From an uncultured virus (IMG/VR IMGVR_UViG_3300005530_000001) (Duplodnaviria; Heunggongvirae; Uroviricota; Caudoviricetes), in IMG/VR virus record IMGVR_UViG_3300005530_000001: a stretch of 64,000 bases of DNA. One strand, 5' to 3'. The translations under genes were made by a program, and so were the position numbers. The notes beneath the pieces were generated by a model. The model did no database searches and was not told where the DNA came from. It worked only from the letters and a program-made list of their open reading frames with translations. Every line of letters begins with the position of its first letter. Position 1 is the first letter of the stretch. Below, piece after piece: positions 38,079 to 46,560 of the stretch.

Positions 38079-38302
38079 GGCGCTGGGGCCTCCTGCTGCT
38101 CCTCCTCGTGTGCCCCGGCTGCTCGGCGGTCTTCCACGCCGAGCCCGCGCTCGACTTCCCGGCCTGGCCCAAGACCAAGTTCACGCTGACCGAGCAGGGG
38201 GCTTTCTGCCTGGATCAGGACGACATGCAGGCCTTTAGCAAGTGGCTCGACAAGCTCCGCGCCTTCGAGGCGGCCCGCCAGCGGCTGCTGAAGGCGAAGT
38301 GA
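38075..38302 (+). CDS. o-spanin-like lipoprotein
   Basis: MRRWGLLLLLLVCPGC lipobox-like, Pro-rich linker; AAGGAG RBS. Confidence 0.6.
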   Translation: MRRWGLLLLLLVCPGCSAVFHAEPALDFPAWPKTKFTLTEQGAFCLDQDDMQAFSKWLDKLRAFEAARQRLLKAK

Positions 38303-38487
38303 TGATGGACGATCGCCCGGAGGCCCCGGACATCCTGGACCTGGAGCGCCAGGCGCTGGCCGCGCCCGTCGCGGCCGATCACCCCCGCGCGGGACTCTGG
38401 CCGATCTTCCTCCTGCTGATCGTGTTGGCCCTGGGCCTGATGGCCTCGCCGTGGATCGGCCGCCACCTGGGTTTCCAGGTGCCATAG
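38302..38487 (+). CDS. small membrane protein
   Basis: TM WPIFLLLIVLALGLMA; TGATG coupling. Confidence 0.45.
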   Translation: MMDDRPEAPDILDLERQALAAPVAADHPRAGLWPIFLLLIVLALGLMASPWIGRHLGFQVP

Positions 38488-38828
38488 GTCGCGCGCAACA
38501 CACACGTCAGGTGACGGCGCCGGGGCTGACCCAGCCGCTGGCCGCCATCGGGCGGCAGGTCCTCGGGCTTGAGGCCCAGCAATTCCGCGGGCGTCATCGG
38601 CTTCAAGCGATCCGCGCGCGAGACATCGCCGCGGAACAGGATCTTGTGGAACGGCGCGAAGTGTTGCGAGTACCGCCGGGGCACGTAGTGCTCGATCTCG
38701 GCGTTGCGGAGATGGCTGGACCAGAGCACGTGCGGCCACCAGCCATGATGCGAGCGCCGGAGGATGAGGTAGCCCCCGCGCGTGACCCACCGCCAGAGGG
38801 CGAAGATCAGGCAGTTGCTGACCCCCAT
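38379..38828 (-). CDS. hypothetical phage protein
   Basis: SNCLIFALWRW...GGYL..RRS..GW.PH.LW; 3' end overlaps a convergent gene. Confidence 0.55.
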   Translation of the reverse strand: MGVSNCLIFALWRWVTRGGYLILRRSHHGWWPHVLWSSHLRNAEIEHYVPRRYSQHFAPFHKILFRGDVSRADRLKPMTPAELLGLKPEDLPPDGGQRLGQPRRRHLTCVLRATYGTWKPRWRPIHGEAIRPRANTISRRKIGQSPARG

Positions 38829-38878
38829 ACCGGCATCGTACTGCCGGGCCCCCGGCACACGAAGAAATGCGACGCCTT

Positions 38879-39133
38879 TTACTCGGCCTCCGTCAGGAGG
38901 CGGGACCAGAGCAGGAAACACTGCACGTGGGCGTGGTAGACGCGCCCCTCCGCGTCCAACTCGATCTCTAGCTGGGTCTTCGCGATCTGCCGCCCACAGC
39001 CCCCGCAGGCGTCGCCCCCGTTGCCGGGCCCGCCCCACACCCGCGGGGGTTGGCGGGCGGGCAGCGTCCCGAGATGCATCCGACAGCGGATCTGCTCACG
39101 CAACGCGGCAGGGGAGGCGGGGGCCTCGTCCAT
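38879..39133 (-). CDS. small zinc-binding protein (CxxC...HxxC)
   Basis: G.LP......W.G.G.G..C.GC...I....E.EL......H..C...W; GGAGG RBS. Confidence 0.65.
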   Translation of the reverse strand: MDEAPASPAALREQIRCRMHLGTLPARQPPRVWGGPGNGGDACGGCGRQIAKTQLEIELDAEGRVYHAHVQCFLLWSRLLTEAE

Positions 39134-39281
39134 CTGGGCTCGACCTCCCGAAAAAATGGGTGCGGCGGGGGATGTCCAGGAGCCAGATGCCACTGGTCTC
39201 GGCGCCGGGTGCGCCCCCCTCAGGGACCAGTGGAAGGCACGCCGACGGTACTACGGTTTGGGCCGGAAGAGGCGCACATTT

Positions 39282-39608
39282 TCAGGCCTTCGGGGTCCCC
39301 TTCGGCATCGCCTGCTCGGGCGGTATCGAGGGCTGCGTGGCCAGGGTGTCGCAGATCCGGCAAGCCTCCGCGACCCCGTGATTACTGAGCGGCGCGTGGA
39401 TGACCACGGCCGCCTTCCGGACATACGAGAAGTGCCGGACGCGGAGGATCGTGGAGCGCAGCGCGGCCTCCAGTGCATGGATGCGGGCGTCGGCCTGATG
39501 CAGGGCTTCATCCTGCGTAGCGATCTCTCGGTTGGCGGCGTCCAACTCGGCGGTGAGGCTGGCAAACGACCGGTAGTGGAGCAGCCAGCAGTAGATCTGG
39601 CGGATCAT
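39282..39608 (-). CDS. hypothetical protein (MIRQIYCWL N-terminus, coiled coil)
   Basis: ATGA coupling; N-terminus identical to upstream gene. Confidence 0.6.
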   Translation of the reverse strand: MIRQIYCWLLHYRSFASLTAELDAANREIATQDEALHQADARIHALEAALRSTILRVRHFSYVRKAAVVIHAPLSNHGVAEACRICDTLATQPSIPPEQAMPKGTPKA

Positions 39609-39862
39609 CGCGGATACAGATTCGGCGGGATCATCGGCGCCCGCGCCGCGTCGATCGTGACAAATTCGCCACACCGCGGACACTGCCGCGTTGCGCTCGC
39701 CCCTCGGCTGCGTTCCCAACGAAAGACGGTCTTCCCGTCCGGCCAGTAGTCAGAGGGCTTCACGGCATGGTCTCCAGTCACGCAGCCGGGTGGCGGAGGA
39801 TGGACGTCCGCGGCGGCGCGGCGCCTGGAGCCTCGGAGCCAGCAGTAGATCTGGCGGATCAC
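39605..39862 (-). CDS. hypothetical zinc-binding protein (MIRQIYCWL N-terminus)
   Basis: GTGA coupling; CPRCG. Confidence 0.55.
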   Translation of the reverse strand: MIRQIYCWLRGSRRRAAADVHPPPPGCVTGDHAVKPSDYWPDGKTVFRWERSRGASATRQCPRCGEFVTIDAARAPMIPPNLYPR

Positions 39863-40224
39863 TTGTAGCCCCAGCGGCTGAACGTGAGCCCGGAGACGCG
39901 GTAGCCCTTGGCCTCCATGCACCGGAACTCGCGCTGCGTCTGCTGGTACTCCTCCACAATCGTGACCGCGACGCCGACCCCGTTGGCCGCCACCACGACC
40001 GGGCTCTGCCCGATGATGGGCGTCACCAGCACGAGGCCCTTGGCCTCCAGGCGGCAGGCCTCCAGGTCCGCCCGGTGCTGGTCCAGGCTCACGCGGGGCT
40101 CGTGGGTGTAGTGGGTGCAGGCCGTCAGCACCAGTCCGCCGAGCGCGAGCAGGCCGAGGCGCCGTCGGATCTGCCGGTCCCGCCCGCTGAGAATGCTCCA
40201 GGCCCGCCGCCAGAGGCGTCGCAT
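39859..40224 (-). CDS. putative lipoprotein
   Basis: LLALGGLVLTAC lipobox; D...C and CM.AKGY motifs. Confidence 0.6.
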   Translation of the reverse strand: MRRLWRRAWSILSGRDRQIRRRLGLLALGGLVLTACTHYTHEPRVSLDQHRADLEACRLEAKGLVLVTPIIGQSPVVVAANGVGVAVTIVEEYQQTQREFRCMEAKGYRVSGLTFSRWGYK

Positions 40225-40346
40225 TAGCCGCCTCCGCCGGTGAGCACCAGCGCCAGCAGCGCCAGCACCAGCGCCCAGCCCCACTTCGTCTTCCGCAAGG
40301 TCCACTCGATGTCCTGCCCCCAGGCGAGGAACTCCGCCTCCGTCAT
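40224..40346 (-). CDS. 40-aa membrane micro-protein
   Basis: AAAGGAGG RBS; WGWALVLALLALVL; TAATG coupling. Confidence 0.55.
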   Translation of the reverse strand: MTEAEFLAWGQDIEWTLRKTKWGWALVLALLALVLTGGGG

Positions 40347-40600
40347 GGTAGGCCTCCTTTCAGCTTGGCGAGGACCCGCTCGGCCCCCTCGATCTCGTAC
40401 TTCTCCCGGTCGCGGCGCGCGCCATAGGGTTCGACCCCCGCCATCTCCCGGCGTCGGGCCGCCCGCTCGGAGGCGTGATGCCGCCGGAGCTTGCGGAGCT
40501 TGGCGCCGACGACACCGATCAGCCAGGTGACCTCCGGCTGGTCCAGGTGGAGCAGCGTGGGCGGCGATTTCACGCCAGCCCGGCCCAGGTCGGTGGTCAT
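40343..40600 (-). CDS. hypothetical protein
   Basis: 85 aa; ATGA coupling at both ends. Confidence 0.6.
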   Translation of the reverse strand: MTTDLGRAGVKSPPTLLHLDQPEVTWLIGVVGAKLRKLRRHHASERAARRREMAGVEPYGARRDREKYEIEGAERVLAKLKGGLP

Positions 40601-41106
40601 GGCGTGGCCGCTGCGACGGCGGCCTGCTCCGCCTCGTTGAGGAGACTCCAGGCCGAGAGGAACTGCCCCTTCGGCACCCGCTGGCGTAGGTACTCGTACT
40701 CGGCGGCGCGCGCGGCCAGGAAGGCGTCGTGCAGGCGATTCATCTCGGCGAGGTCCGCGTCGCTCACCTGCTGGCCCAGCGCGACGACCGTCGGATGCTT
40801 CTCCGCGAACTTCTCGCCATCGGAGACGCGCGTGAACAGCGCCTCCCCCGTCCGTTCGTTCCGCCCCCGCAGGATCGCGCGCTCGTACCCTCCCGGGGTC
40901 TGGAGTACGACCGGGATGCGGTGCTCGACCCTCTGCCGGGTGACCTCCTGGCTGATCCGCTTTTCCAGATCCTCGCGATTGGTCGCCTCGATCCGGACCG
41001 CGCCGACCGCGGTCGCGAACCGGAAGCTGCGGGGGTCCAGCACCACCGGGAAATCCCGGCCGCGGACCTGAACGGTGCCGACGCTGATGTGCTCGCTCTC
41101 GCTCAT
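40597..41106 (-). CDS. hypothetical protein
   Basis: start re-called at 41106 with AGGAGG RBS. Confidence 0.65.
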   Translation of the reverse strand: MSESEHISVGTVQVRGRDFPVVLDPRSFRFATAVGAVRIEATNREDLEKRISQEVTRQRVEHRIPVVLQTPGGYERAILRGRNERTGEALFTRVSDGEKFAEKHPTVVALGQQVSDADLAEMNRLHDAFLAARAAEYEYLRQRVPKGQFLSAWSLLNEAEQAAVAAATP

Positions 41107-41504
41107 GCCGCGGGGACCTCCTGCCCCAGGGCCTCCAGGAAGAGGCCCGCCAGATACTCCTTGATGTCGTTGCGATCCCGCCCCGTCACCTTCACGTTGA
41201 AGCCGAATTGGAGGCTCGGCGTCACGATGATCTCGTGATCCGTCCAACCGTCGTACATGCCGCCGTCGTTCATGTGGTGGTAGCTGCCGAAGAGCACGAG
41301 CTTCTCGGGCGTGGACTTCACCAGGTCGATCGTGGTTCCGCTGTCCCAGCCCGAACCGGACGGCAGCCTGGCCTCGATGGCCTTCAGGCTGTCGGTATGC
41401 TTCTCGATCCACTCCGTGTTTTTCCGCTCGATGCAGGTCCGGCGCGCGTCCACCAGGCTCGCGATCTGCGTCACCAGCTTGCCCGACCCCGCCAGTCTCA
41501 TCAC
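41103..41504 (-). CDS. conserved phage early protein (LPSGSG.D.G / HHMN..G.YDGWT)
   Basis: 133 aa; GGAGG RBS; motif-rich; function unknown. Confidence 0.7.
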   Translation of the reverse strand: MMRLAGSGKLVTQIASLVDARRTCIERKNTEWIEKHTDSLKAIEARLPSGSGWDSGTTIDLVKSTPEKLVLFGSYHHMNDGGMYDGWTDHEIIVTPSLQFGFNVKVTGRDRNDIKEYLAGLFLEALGQEVPAA

Positions 41505-41743
41505 GTCACCTCCGGCTTGTCGAGAATCGTGCGCGCTCTGGCGATCATCGGCGTGATCCGCTCCGCCGCGAGCACCATGGCGATCGGCATGCTCCAGTAG
41601 TCGGAGCCCTTGCTGCTGAAGCGCGCGAGGATCGTGCTCCCGTCCCCCGAGCAGCGATACCAGTCCATGCGGCGCCCGTCGTGGAAGATCTGCGACTCCA
41701 GGTAGACGCAGCGCGGGCAGTCGTGGGTGTACCGCATGGGCAT
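41501..41743 (-). CDS. small hypothetical protein (HDC..C.YL)
   Basis: TGATG coupling; Y.HDC..C..L...D.Y.C....ARF....DY.S. Confidence 0.6.
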   Translation of the reverse strand: MPMRYTHDCPRCVYLESQIFHDGRRMDWYRCSGDGSTILARFSSKGSDYWSMPIAMVLAAERITPMIARARTILDKPEVT

Positions 41744-41988
41744 CACTTCACCACGCGCTGCGCCGCGAGGAACTCGCGGTAGCGGCTCTGGATATTGCCG
41801 TGGCCGAAGACCAGCCCCTGGGCGTGAATCCAGCCGAGGAAGGCGCTCGCCTGCTTCCATTCCTGGACCGTGAAGCTCTCCTCGACGCTCATCAGGGCGA
41901 GATCCGGATCGAAGGACCCGTGCTGCTTGACGCCCAGGATCAGGAGCGTCGCGACCTTGTCGCTCAGCTTGGCGGGGAAGGTGGCCAT
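41743..41988 (-). CDS. hypothetical protein
   Basis: AAAGGAGG RBS; 81 aa. Confidence 0.65.
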   Translation of the reverse strand: MATFPAKLSDKVATLLILGVKQHGSFDPDLALMSVEESFTVQEWKQASAFLGWIHAQGLVFGHGNIQSRYREFLAAQRVVK

Positions 41989-41989
41989 C

Positions 41990-42292
41990 TCAGCCCCCTC
42001 CTTTCATCAGCGAGTAGGCGTAGAATCCGCCGCGATCGTCGGCCGGGGGCGCGAAGTCCGCGGGCACTTCCTTGAAGCCGACCGGCAGCACCACGAACCG
42101 CTTGCCGTCGAACCGGATGATGTCGCCGACGCTCACCGAGGGCAGGCCCTGGGCCCGATCCTCCTCGGTGGCGAAGTCGTTCTGGCCGAACTCGAAGGCC
42201 GCGCCCAGGCCGGGCGTGACCAGCCGCGGCAGCGTGACCGTCCGGATCTTCCCCTCCGCGAAGGCGTGCATCTCGACTTCCATCGTGACCAT
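41990..42292 (-). CDS. YodL-like domain protein
   Basis: F...QN....SVSVGDII...G..F.V.P.GF resembles the YodL S.SV.D motif. Confidence 0.5.
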   Translation of the reverse strand: MVTMEVEMHAFAEGKIRTVTLPRLVTPGLGAAFEFGQNDFATEEDRAQGLPSVSVGDIIRFDGKRFVVLPVGFKEVPADFAPPADDRGGFYAYSLMKGGG

Positions 42293-42293
42293 C

Positions 42294-42494
42294 TCAGCCC
42301 TCCTTGTGCAGCACGGTCTCGCTCGCCACCTCGACCACGCGCCACGCCCGCACCAGGGTCCAGCGCCCGGCCAGATCGGCTCCGTAGGCCTTGGCGTCGT
42401 CCACCGTGTCGAACCGCAGCGCGTTGCCGCACCACTCGCCGCTGTTGTCGGCGATCACTTCGACCTTCAGCGGCCCGTCGGTCTTGTGGGCCAT
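42294..42494 (-). CDS. hypothetical protein
   Basis: AAGGAGG RBS; W.GNALRF.T..A..Y..DL..RW. Confidence 0.7.
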   Translation of the reverse strand: MAHKTDGPLKVEVIADNSGEWCGNALRFDTVDDAKAYGADLAGRWTLVRAWRVVEVASETVLHKEG

Positions 42495-42497
42495 GGC

Positions 42498-42698
42498 TCA
42501 GCCCTCCTTCACGTAGAGCTTGTTCCGCGCACTAATGAGAGCGTCCCGCAGGCAGTGGACGCAGGTCACCTCGTGGACGATGACCGTGGACGGATCGGTC
42601 GGGGTGGGCTTGCGGCGCTCCTTGTAGGTGGCGCCCATGCTGCAGGCGGGGCCGCGGCCACCGCCGGGCGCCGGGACTGAGAGATGCGTGATCGTCAT
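42498..42698 (-). CDS. small zinc-binding protein
   Basis: H...C...VTC..C; similar layout to 50516. Confidence 0.6.
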   Translation of the reverse strand: MTITHLSVPAPGGGRGPACSMGATYKERRKPTPTDPSTVIVHEVTCVHCLRDALISARNKLYVKEG

Positions 42699-42701
42699 GG
42701 C

Positions 42702-43292
42702 TCAGGCCGCCTCCTCCACGTCGCCCCGGAGCGCCCGGTAGCGGGCCTCCAGGGTCTCGATCACGGGGTCGATCACCTCGACGTTGCCCCCGTCGGTGAA
42801 GAACTTCTCGCCGCCCGCGGTCCGGAGGCCGACCCGCACCGCGCCGGTCCGGAAGTAGCGGTGCCGCTCGAAGCCCGGGCCGCTCCAGAAGATGACGCCC
42901 TCGGTCCCGATCGGGACCTTGCGCCCGCGCACTACCTTGACGGTCCGGCCGCGGATGTCGACCCGCTTGCGGTCCCGGATCTCGGCGCTGATCGACCGCT
43001 TCTCGGCCTCGCGGGCCTCGTAGGCGGCATACGCGGCCAGGACCTCGGGGGTCGAGTCGACCTCGGCCGTGCCGCTCATCCCCATCGTGGAGCCGTAGCT
43101 CACCAGGCGGGGCTCCCCGGTCGCGGGGTCCCACACCAGGGCGTTGATCACGCAGTCGTAGCCGTCGTTGAAGCTCGGGCCGTCGAGCCGAGCCTTGAGG
43201 ACCAGCCCCGCGTACTCGACCGCGGGGCGGACCGTGTCGGGGCGGTAGCGGGCATCACTGGCGAGGGTCTCGGGGGACCACCGGATTGCCAT
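42702..43292 (-). CDS. hypothetical protein with C-terminal SH3/KOW-like domain
   Basis: first gene after promoter P1; G..VKVVRGRKVPIGT.G..FW. Confidence 0.7.
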   Translation of the reverse strand: MAIRWSPETLASDARYRPDTVRPAVEYAGLVLKARLDGPSFNDGYDCVINALVWDPATGEPRLVSYGSTMGMSGTAEVDSTPEVLAAYAAYEAREAEKRSISAEIRDRKRVDIRGRTVKVVRGRKVPIGTEGVIFWSGPGFERHRYFRTGAVRVGLRTAGGEKFFTDGGNVEVIDPVIETLEARYRALRGDVEEAA

Positions 43293-43304
43293 TGAGGGAC
43301 CTGC

Positions 43305-43363
43305 CTTTCCGGAGGCTCTCTCCGCCTCCACCCCAAGCCTAGCACAGTCCAAGTCTATGTCAA
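43305..43363 (-). promoter_or_regulatory. repeated early promoter P1 with hairpin leader
   Basis: TTGACA TAGACT TGGACT GTGC TAGGCT then GGAGGC..GCCTCC hairpin. Confidence 0.8.
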
Positions 43364-43605
43364 GTGCAGCGGAACCTAGCGATTCCCCGCGCGATTTCGC
43401 GGCAGGTCGGGCAGCCGCCCGCCAGCGGGTAGTTGTTGATATGCATGTTGTTGGGCCGCTCGCCCCAGGGGCACCAGACCCCATGCGGGCAACGGTGGCG
43501 GTAGCGGGCCTTGCCGGTCCGGGGCAAGCGCTTGGTCGGCCTGCCGCAGCCCGGGCAGGGGTCGGCGAGACGCTGGCGCCCCTGGGCATCGCGCAGGACG
43601 GTCAT
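43360..43605 (-). CDS. Cys-rich hypothetical protein
   Basis: CPGC, CPHG..C, CPTC; stop lies in the P1 -35 box. Confidence 0.5.
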   Translation of the reverse strand: MTVLRDAQGRQRLADPCPGCGRPTKRLPRTGKARYRHRCPHGVWCPWGERPNNMHINNYPLAGGCPTCREIARGIARFRCT

Positions 43606-43787
43606 CCGTTCCCCGTGGTGGCGGCCTCTAGCTTCGCCTGGATGCGCAGCGCCGCCGCGACGTTCTGGCTCTCGGCGCGCTTGTCGCTGTCCCCCAGCGG
43701 CCCACCGTCGTACTCGCCGAGATGCTGGTAGCTGAGGATGGCGTGGAGGACGTCCGCCTCCTTCTCCGTCAGCGTGAGGGTGATCAT
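43602..43787 (-). CDS. hypothetical protein
   Basis: 61 aa; GAGG RBS; ATGA coupling. Confidence 0.6.
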   Translation of the reverse strand: MITLTLTEKEADVLHAILSYQHLGEYDGGPLGDSDKRAESQNVAAALRIQAKLEAATTGNG

Positions 43788-44092
43788 CCCGTCGCCTCTC
43801 CCTCGTGGTCGATGGCGCTGTCGTGGGCGTCGTTGTAGCTCTCGAATGCGCCGCTCTCATCGCCGCAGACACAGACCCAGGCGGTCCGGCCGCCGGACTC
43901 GATGAGCCGGGTCTCGTGGCGCGCCCGCCGCGCCCCCGCGAGCGCCGCCGCGACCTCGCCCCGGCTCAGCGGGTAGGCCGCGAGCATGCGGGCGTGGGCC
44001 TCGGCCACCGCCCGGTCCGCGTAGCGCATCGGCAGCAGCAGCCCGTGTTCAGCCAGGGCGAAGCGGCCATCGATCTCGCGGATCTCGATCAT
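43784..44092 (-). CDS. hypothetical protein with C-terminal W.C.CG...A..H module
   Basis: GAGGAGG RBS; start re-called at 44092. Confidence 0.6.
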   Translation of the reverse strand: MIEIREIDGRFALAEHGLLLPMRYADRAVAEAHARMLAAYPLSRGEVAAALAGARRARHETRLIESGGRTAWVCVCGDESGAFESYNDAHDSAIDHEGEATG

Positions 44093-44361
44093 GCGGAGGC
44101 CTCCTCGTAGCGCACCCGGTGGCTCCGGCCGTCGTCGGCCGTCAGTCCTTCGTGCGCCCACCACAGTTCGTTCGCCACCCCGAGCGTGCTGCCCGTCGCC
44201 CGCCAGCCGCAGGTGCAGGTGGCGGTCCGGGCCAGGGACGTGCCGAGCGTGGCCGCGGGGGCATCGTCGCGCCGGAGCGCCCGCCGCCCGCCGAGCTTCG
44301 GCAGGAAGCGGCCGTCGCCCTCGCGCACCCAGCCGTTCGAGACCTTGCGCCACGTGCTCAT
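44089..44361 (-). CDS. hypothetical protein (CTCGW...H)
   Basis: 90 aa; ATGA coupling. Confidence 0.55.
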   Translation of the reverse strand: MSTWRKVSNGWVREGDGRFLPKLGGRRALRRDDAPAATLGTSLARTATCTCGWRATGSTLGVANELWWAHEGLTADDGRSHRVRYEEASA

Positions 44362-44489
44362 TTCAGGAGCCCCTCCCGGCGCATCCGCGCCACCTCGGCC
44401 CGCAGCGTCCGCGGGCTCACCCGCAGGCCGCGCGCCTTGAGGCGGTCGCGGGCCAGCAGCAGGACCGCTTTCGTCGCCTTGTCCGTCAT
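44358..44489 (-). CDS. basic micro-protein
   Basis: MTDKATKAVLLLARDRLK..; TGATG coupling; GGAG RBS. Confidence 0.5.
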   Translation of the reverse strand: MTDKATKAVLLLARDRLKARGLRVSPRTLRAEVARMRREGLLK

Positions 44490-44662
44490 CACGTCGTCTC
44501 CAGTCGCTCGATTGCCGCGCGGCGGATATAGGGGAAGATGCCGTCCGCGTAGTAGCTCTCCAGGGTCCGTTCCGCGGCAGCCTTGCTCGGGTGCTCGGTG
44601 ACCTCGACCGTGTCGTCGGCGTACCACCGGGTCAGCTTCACCTTCCGGCTCCCTTTCAGCAT
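44489..44662 (-). CDS. 57-aa hypothetical protein
   Basis: first ORF after P2 with AAGGAGG RBS; absent from the ORF track. Confidence 0.6.
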   Translation of the reverse strand: MLKGSRKVKLTRWYADDTVEVTEHPSKAAAERTLESYYADGIFPYIRRAAIERLETT

Positions 44663-44671
44663 CGCCCTGGC

Positions 44672-44714
44672 CCTCCTTCCACCTTCAGTGTAGCACAGTC
44701 CAAGTCCAAGTCAA
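44672..44714 (-). promoter_or_regulatory. repeated early promoter P2
   Basis: TTGACT TGGACT TGGACT GTGC TACACT GAAGGTGGAAGGAGG. Confidence 0.85.
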
Positions 44715-44821
44715 GTACGCGGCTCCCGGTGCTTGCGGATGCCCCCGGAGCCGTAATCAGCATGGCTCCGGCGGTCGTGCGGCTCCGCGGGTTTGCTACA
44801 GGTGCAGGGGCGCGTCTTCAT
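44711..44821 (-). CDS. 36-aa ORF, possibly truncated
   Basis: ATGA coupled to the nucleotidase; stop lies in the P2 -35 box. Confidence 0.35.
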   Translation of the reverse strand: MKTRPCTCSKPAEPHDRRSHADYGSGGIRKHREPRT

Positions 44822-45372
44822 CGGCAGGTGTGCGGCTCCGGCTCCAGGCCGTACGTGTCCGCCGCGCACCCCGAGCAGCAGAGCGAGCAGCCCGGGCACG
44901 TGGCCTGGGCCAGGACCTCCAGCGAGGTGGCCGCGGAGGTGTGGACGATGAAGGTCCCGCCCGCGGCTTCCCACAGGGCCCGGTACTTCGGCCAGTCATC
45001 GATCAGGATGTCGCCCGGGCGGCAGTAGCGTGCCTTGTCCTTCGCCGCGCAGGTGATGACCGCGGCGCCCGGGAAGTGCTCCGCCGCCCAGGCCCGCTTG
45101 TCCGCGACCGCGGTCGCGATCGACCAGGGCACGCCGGTCAGGATGATCGGGGGCCGCGGGCGCGCGGCCAGGACTCCGGCCCACAGCACGCGGGCGTCCG
45201 GCATCAGCGGCAGGCTGCGGTAGTAGTGCGGGATCGCGCCGATCCGGCGCCAGAACTCGGTGGCGCCGATCTCGGACTCGGCCTTGCGCGGATCGCGCAG
45301 GCCCAGGTGTTCCAGGGCCCCACCGTCGAAGTCCGCCAGGACGCCGTCCATGTCGACGTAGATCTGGGTCAC
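44818..45372 (-). CDS. HAD-family 5'(3')-deoxyribonucleotidase (NT5C-like)
   Basis: IYVDMDGVLADFD, ILTG, K..W, ILIDD...W...GG motifs. Confidence 0.85.
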   Translation of the reverse strand: MTQIYVDMDGVLADFDGGALEHLGLRDPRKAESEIGATEFWRRIGAIPHYYRSLPLMPDARVLWAGVLAARPRPPIILTGVPWSIATAVADKRAWAAEHFPGAAVITCAAKDKARYCRPGDILIDDWPKYRALWEAAGGTFIVHTSAATSLEVLAQATCPGCSLCCSGCAADTYGLEPEPHTCR

Positions 45373-45557
45373 CGCCGGGCCTCCTCGATGAGCCGCGCCG
45401 CCTGGTCGCGCGTGGTCGAGAACTTCAGCGCGATCCAGCCGACCTCGTCGGTATTCTTCCGCTCCAGGCGCGCGAAGTCTTCCAGGAAGGCGCGCACCAA
45501 CTCGCGGCGCTTCTGCTCGGGTTTCTTTGGGTTCTTGTAGAAGCCGCGGGCGGTCAT
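45369..45557 (-). CDS. small basic protein
   Basis: 62 aa; coupled at both ends. Confidence 0.55.
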   Translation of the reverse strand: MTARGFYKNPKKPEQKRRELVRAFLEDFARLERKNTDEVGWIALKFSTTRDQAARLIEEARR

Positions 45558-45985
45558 CGAATCTCTCCGATCTGCTCGATTTCGGCCTCCGTGAAGAAGG
45601 CCTGCAGGCGTCTCGTGAACCGGCAGGAAGCCAGGGCCTGGCGCACCTTCATCGGCCCCAACTCCTCCATCAGTTCGTCGGGATCAGTGGGCAGGCTCGC
45701 ATCGCTCCCCACACAGGAGAGGATGTCGTAGTAGCCCGGCGCCTCGCCCTTCTCTCTCGCGGCTTGGCTGTTCCAGAAGTCGAAGCTCAGCGCCCCGCGG
45801 CTCGGGTGGTCGGCCACCTTTCCCGTGAAGTGCAGCCGCACGCGGTAGTGATCCCCGTGGACGTGATCGCAGGGCGACCGCCAGGCCGGGCACCGCGCCG
45901 CCGCGGGCCGCACCGCCTGCACGACCAGACCCATCCGATCCGCGACCGCCCGCGCCGCCCGCTCGTAGTCCGTCTCCGTTTTCAT
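45554..45985 (-). CDS. hypothetical protein
   Basis: start re-called at 45985; HY.V, SFDFW.S, P..YDIL.C. Confidence 0.65.
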   Translation of the reverse strand: MKTETDYERAARAVADRMGLVVQAVRPAAARCPAWRSPCDHVHGDHYRVRLHFTGKVADHPSRGALSFDFWNSQAAREKGEAPGYYDILSCVGSDASLPTDPDELMEELGPMKVRQALASCRFTRRLQAFFTEAEIEQIGEIR

Positions 45986-46341
45986 GCCGGGACCTCTCCG
46001 CGTCGCCGCGCCTCGCGCGCGTTCCGCTCGGCTCGATCGGCCAGGACCTTGGCCACCAGCTTGTCGACCAGGGCCGGGTCCGGCGCCACGGTCGCGAGCT
46101 TCTTCTCGCTGAACCGGGCCGCGGGCTCGACCAGGGCCTTGATCCCCTCGAAGAGCGTGAAGCTCCGCATGCCGTCCTTCACGGTCTCGGGGCGCACGCG
46201 GAGGTAGTAGCCGCGCCCGCCCGACGTCCCGGTCAGGAAGTTCATGCCGCCCCGCTCGTAGGCCACCTCGATGGTGAGTGCCTCGCCCTCGGCGGCGCCC
46301 GCGAAGGCCCGCTCCCCCAGCTTCCGCGTCTCTCGGCTCAT
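45982..46341 (-). CDS. hypothetical protein (Y..GG.N..T....RGYYL)
   Basis: AAGGAGG RBS; 119 aa. Confidence 0.7.
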   Translation of the reverse strand: MSRETRKLGERAFAGAAEGEALTIEVAYERGGMNFLTGTSGGRGYYLRVRPETVKDGMRSFTLFEGIKALVEPAARFSEKKLATVAPDPALVDKLVAKVLADRAERNAREARRRGEVPA

Positions 46342-46344
46342 GGC

Positions 46345-46557
46345 TCAGCCCTCCTTGTTGGCGCGCGCGTACCAGAGCCCGTCGGGGTGCTCCACGATGC
46401 CGATCTCTCGCGCCGTGGCGGGCAGGTCGGCCGCGGTGCCACCCGTCACAAACGTGACCAACTCGACCAAGGCCCGGTCGTACTCCGGGTTCTCTCCGTG
46501 CTCGCTCTTCAGGTGCGCGGCCTCGCGAATCAAAGCGGCTCGGGTCACTCGGCTCAT
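46345..46557 (-). CDS. hypothetical protein (SE.GENPEYDRA)
   Basis: AAGGAGG RBS; 70 aa. Confidence 0.7.
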   Translation of the reverse strand: MSRVTRAALIREAAHLKSEHGENPEYDRALVELVTFVTGGTAADLPATAREIGIVEHPDGLWYARANKEG

Positions 46558-46560
46558 GGC

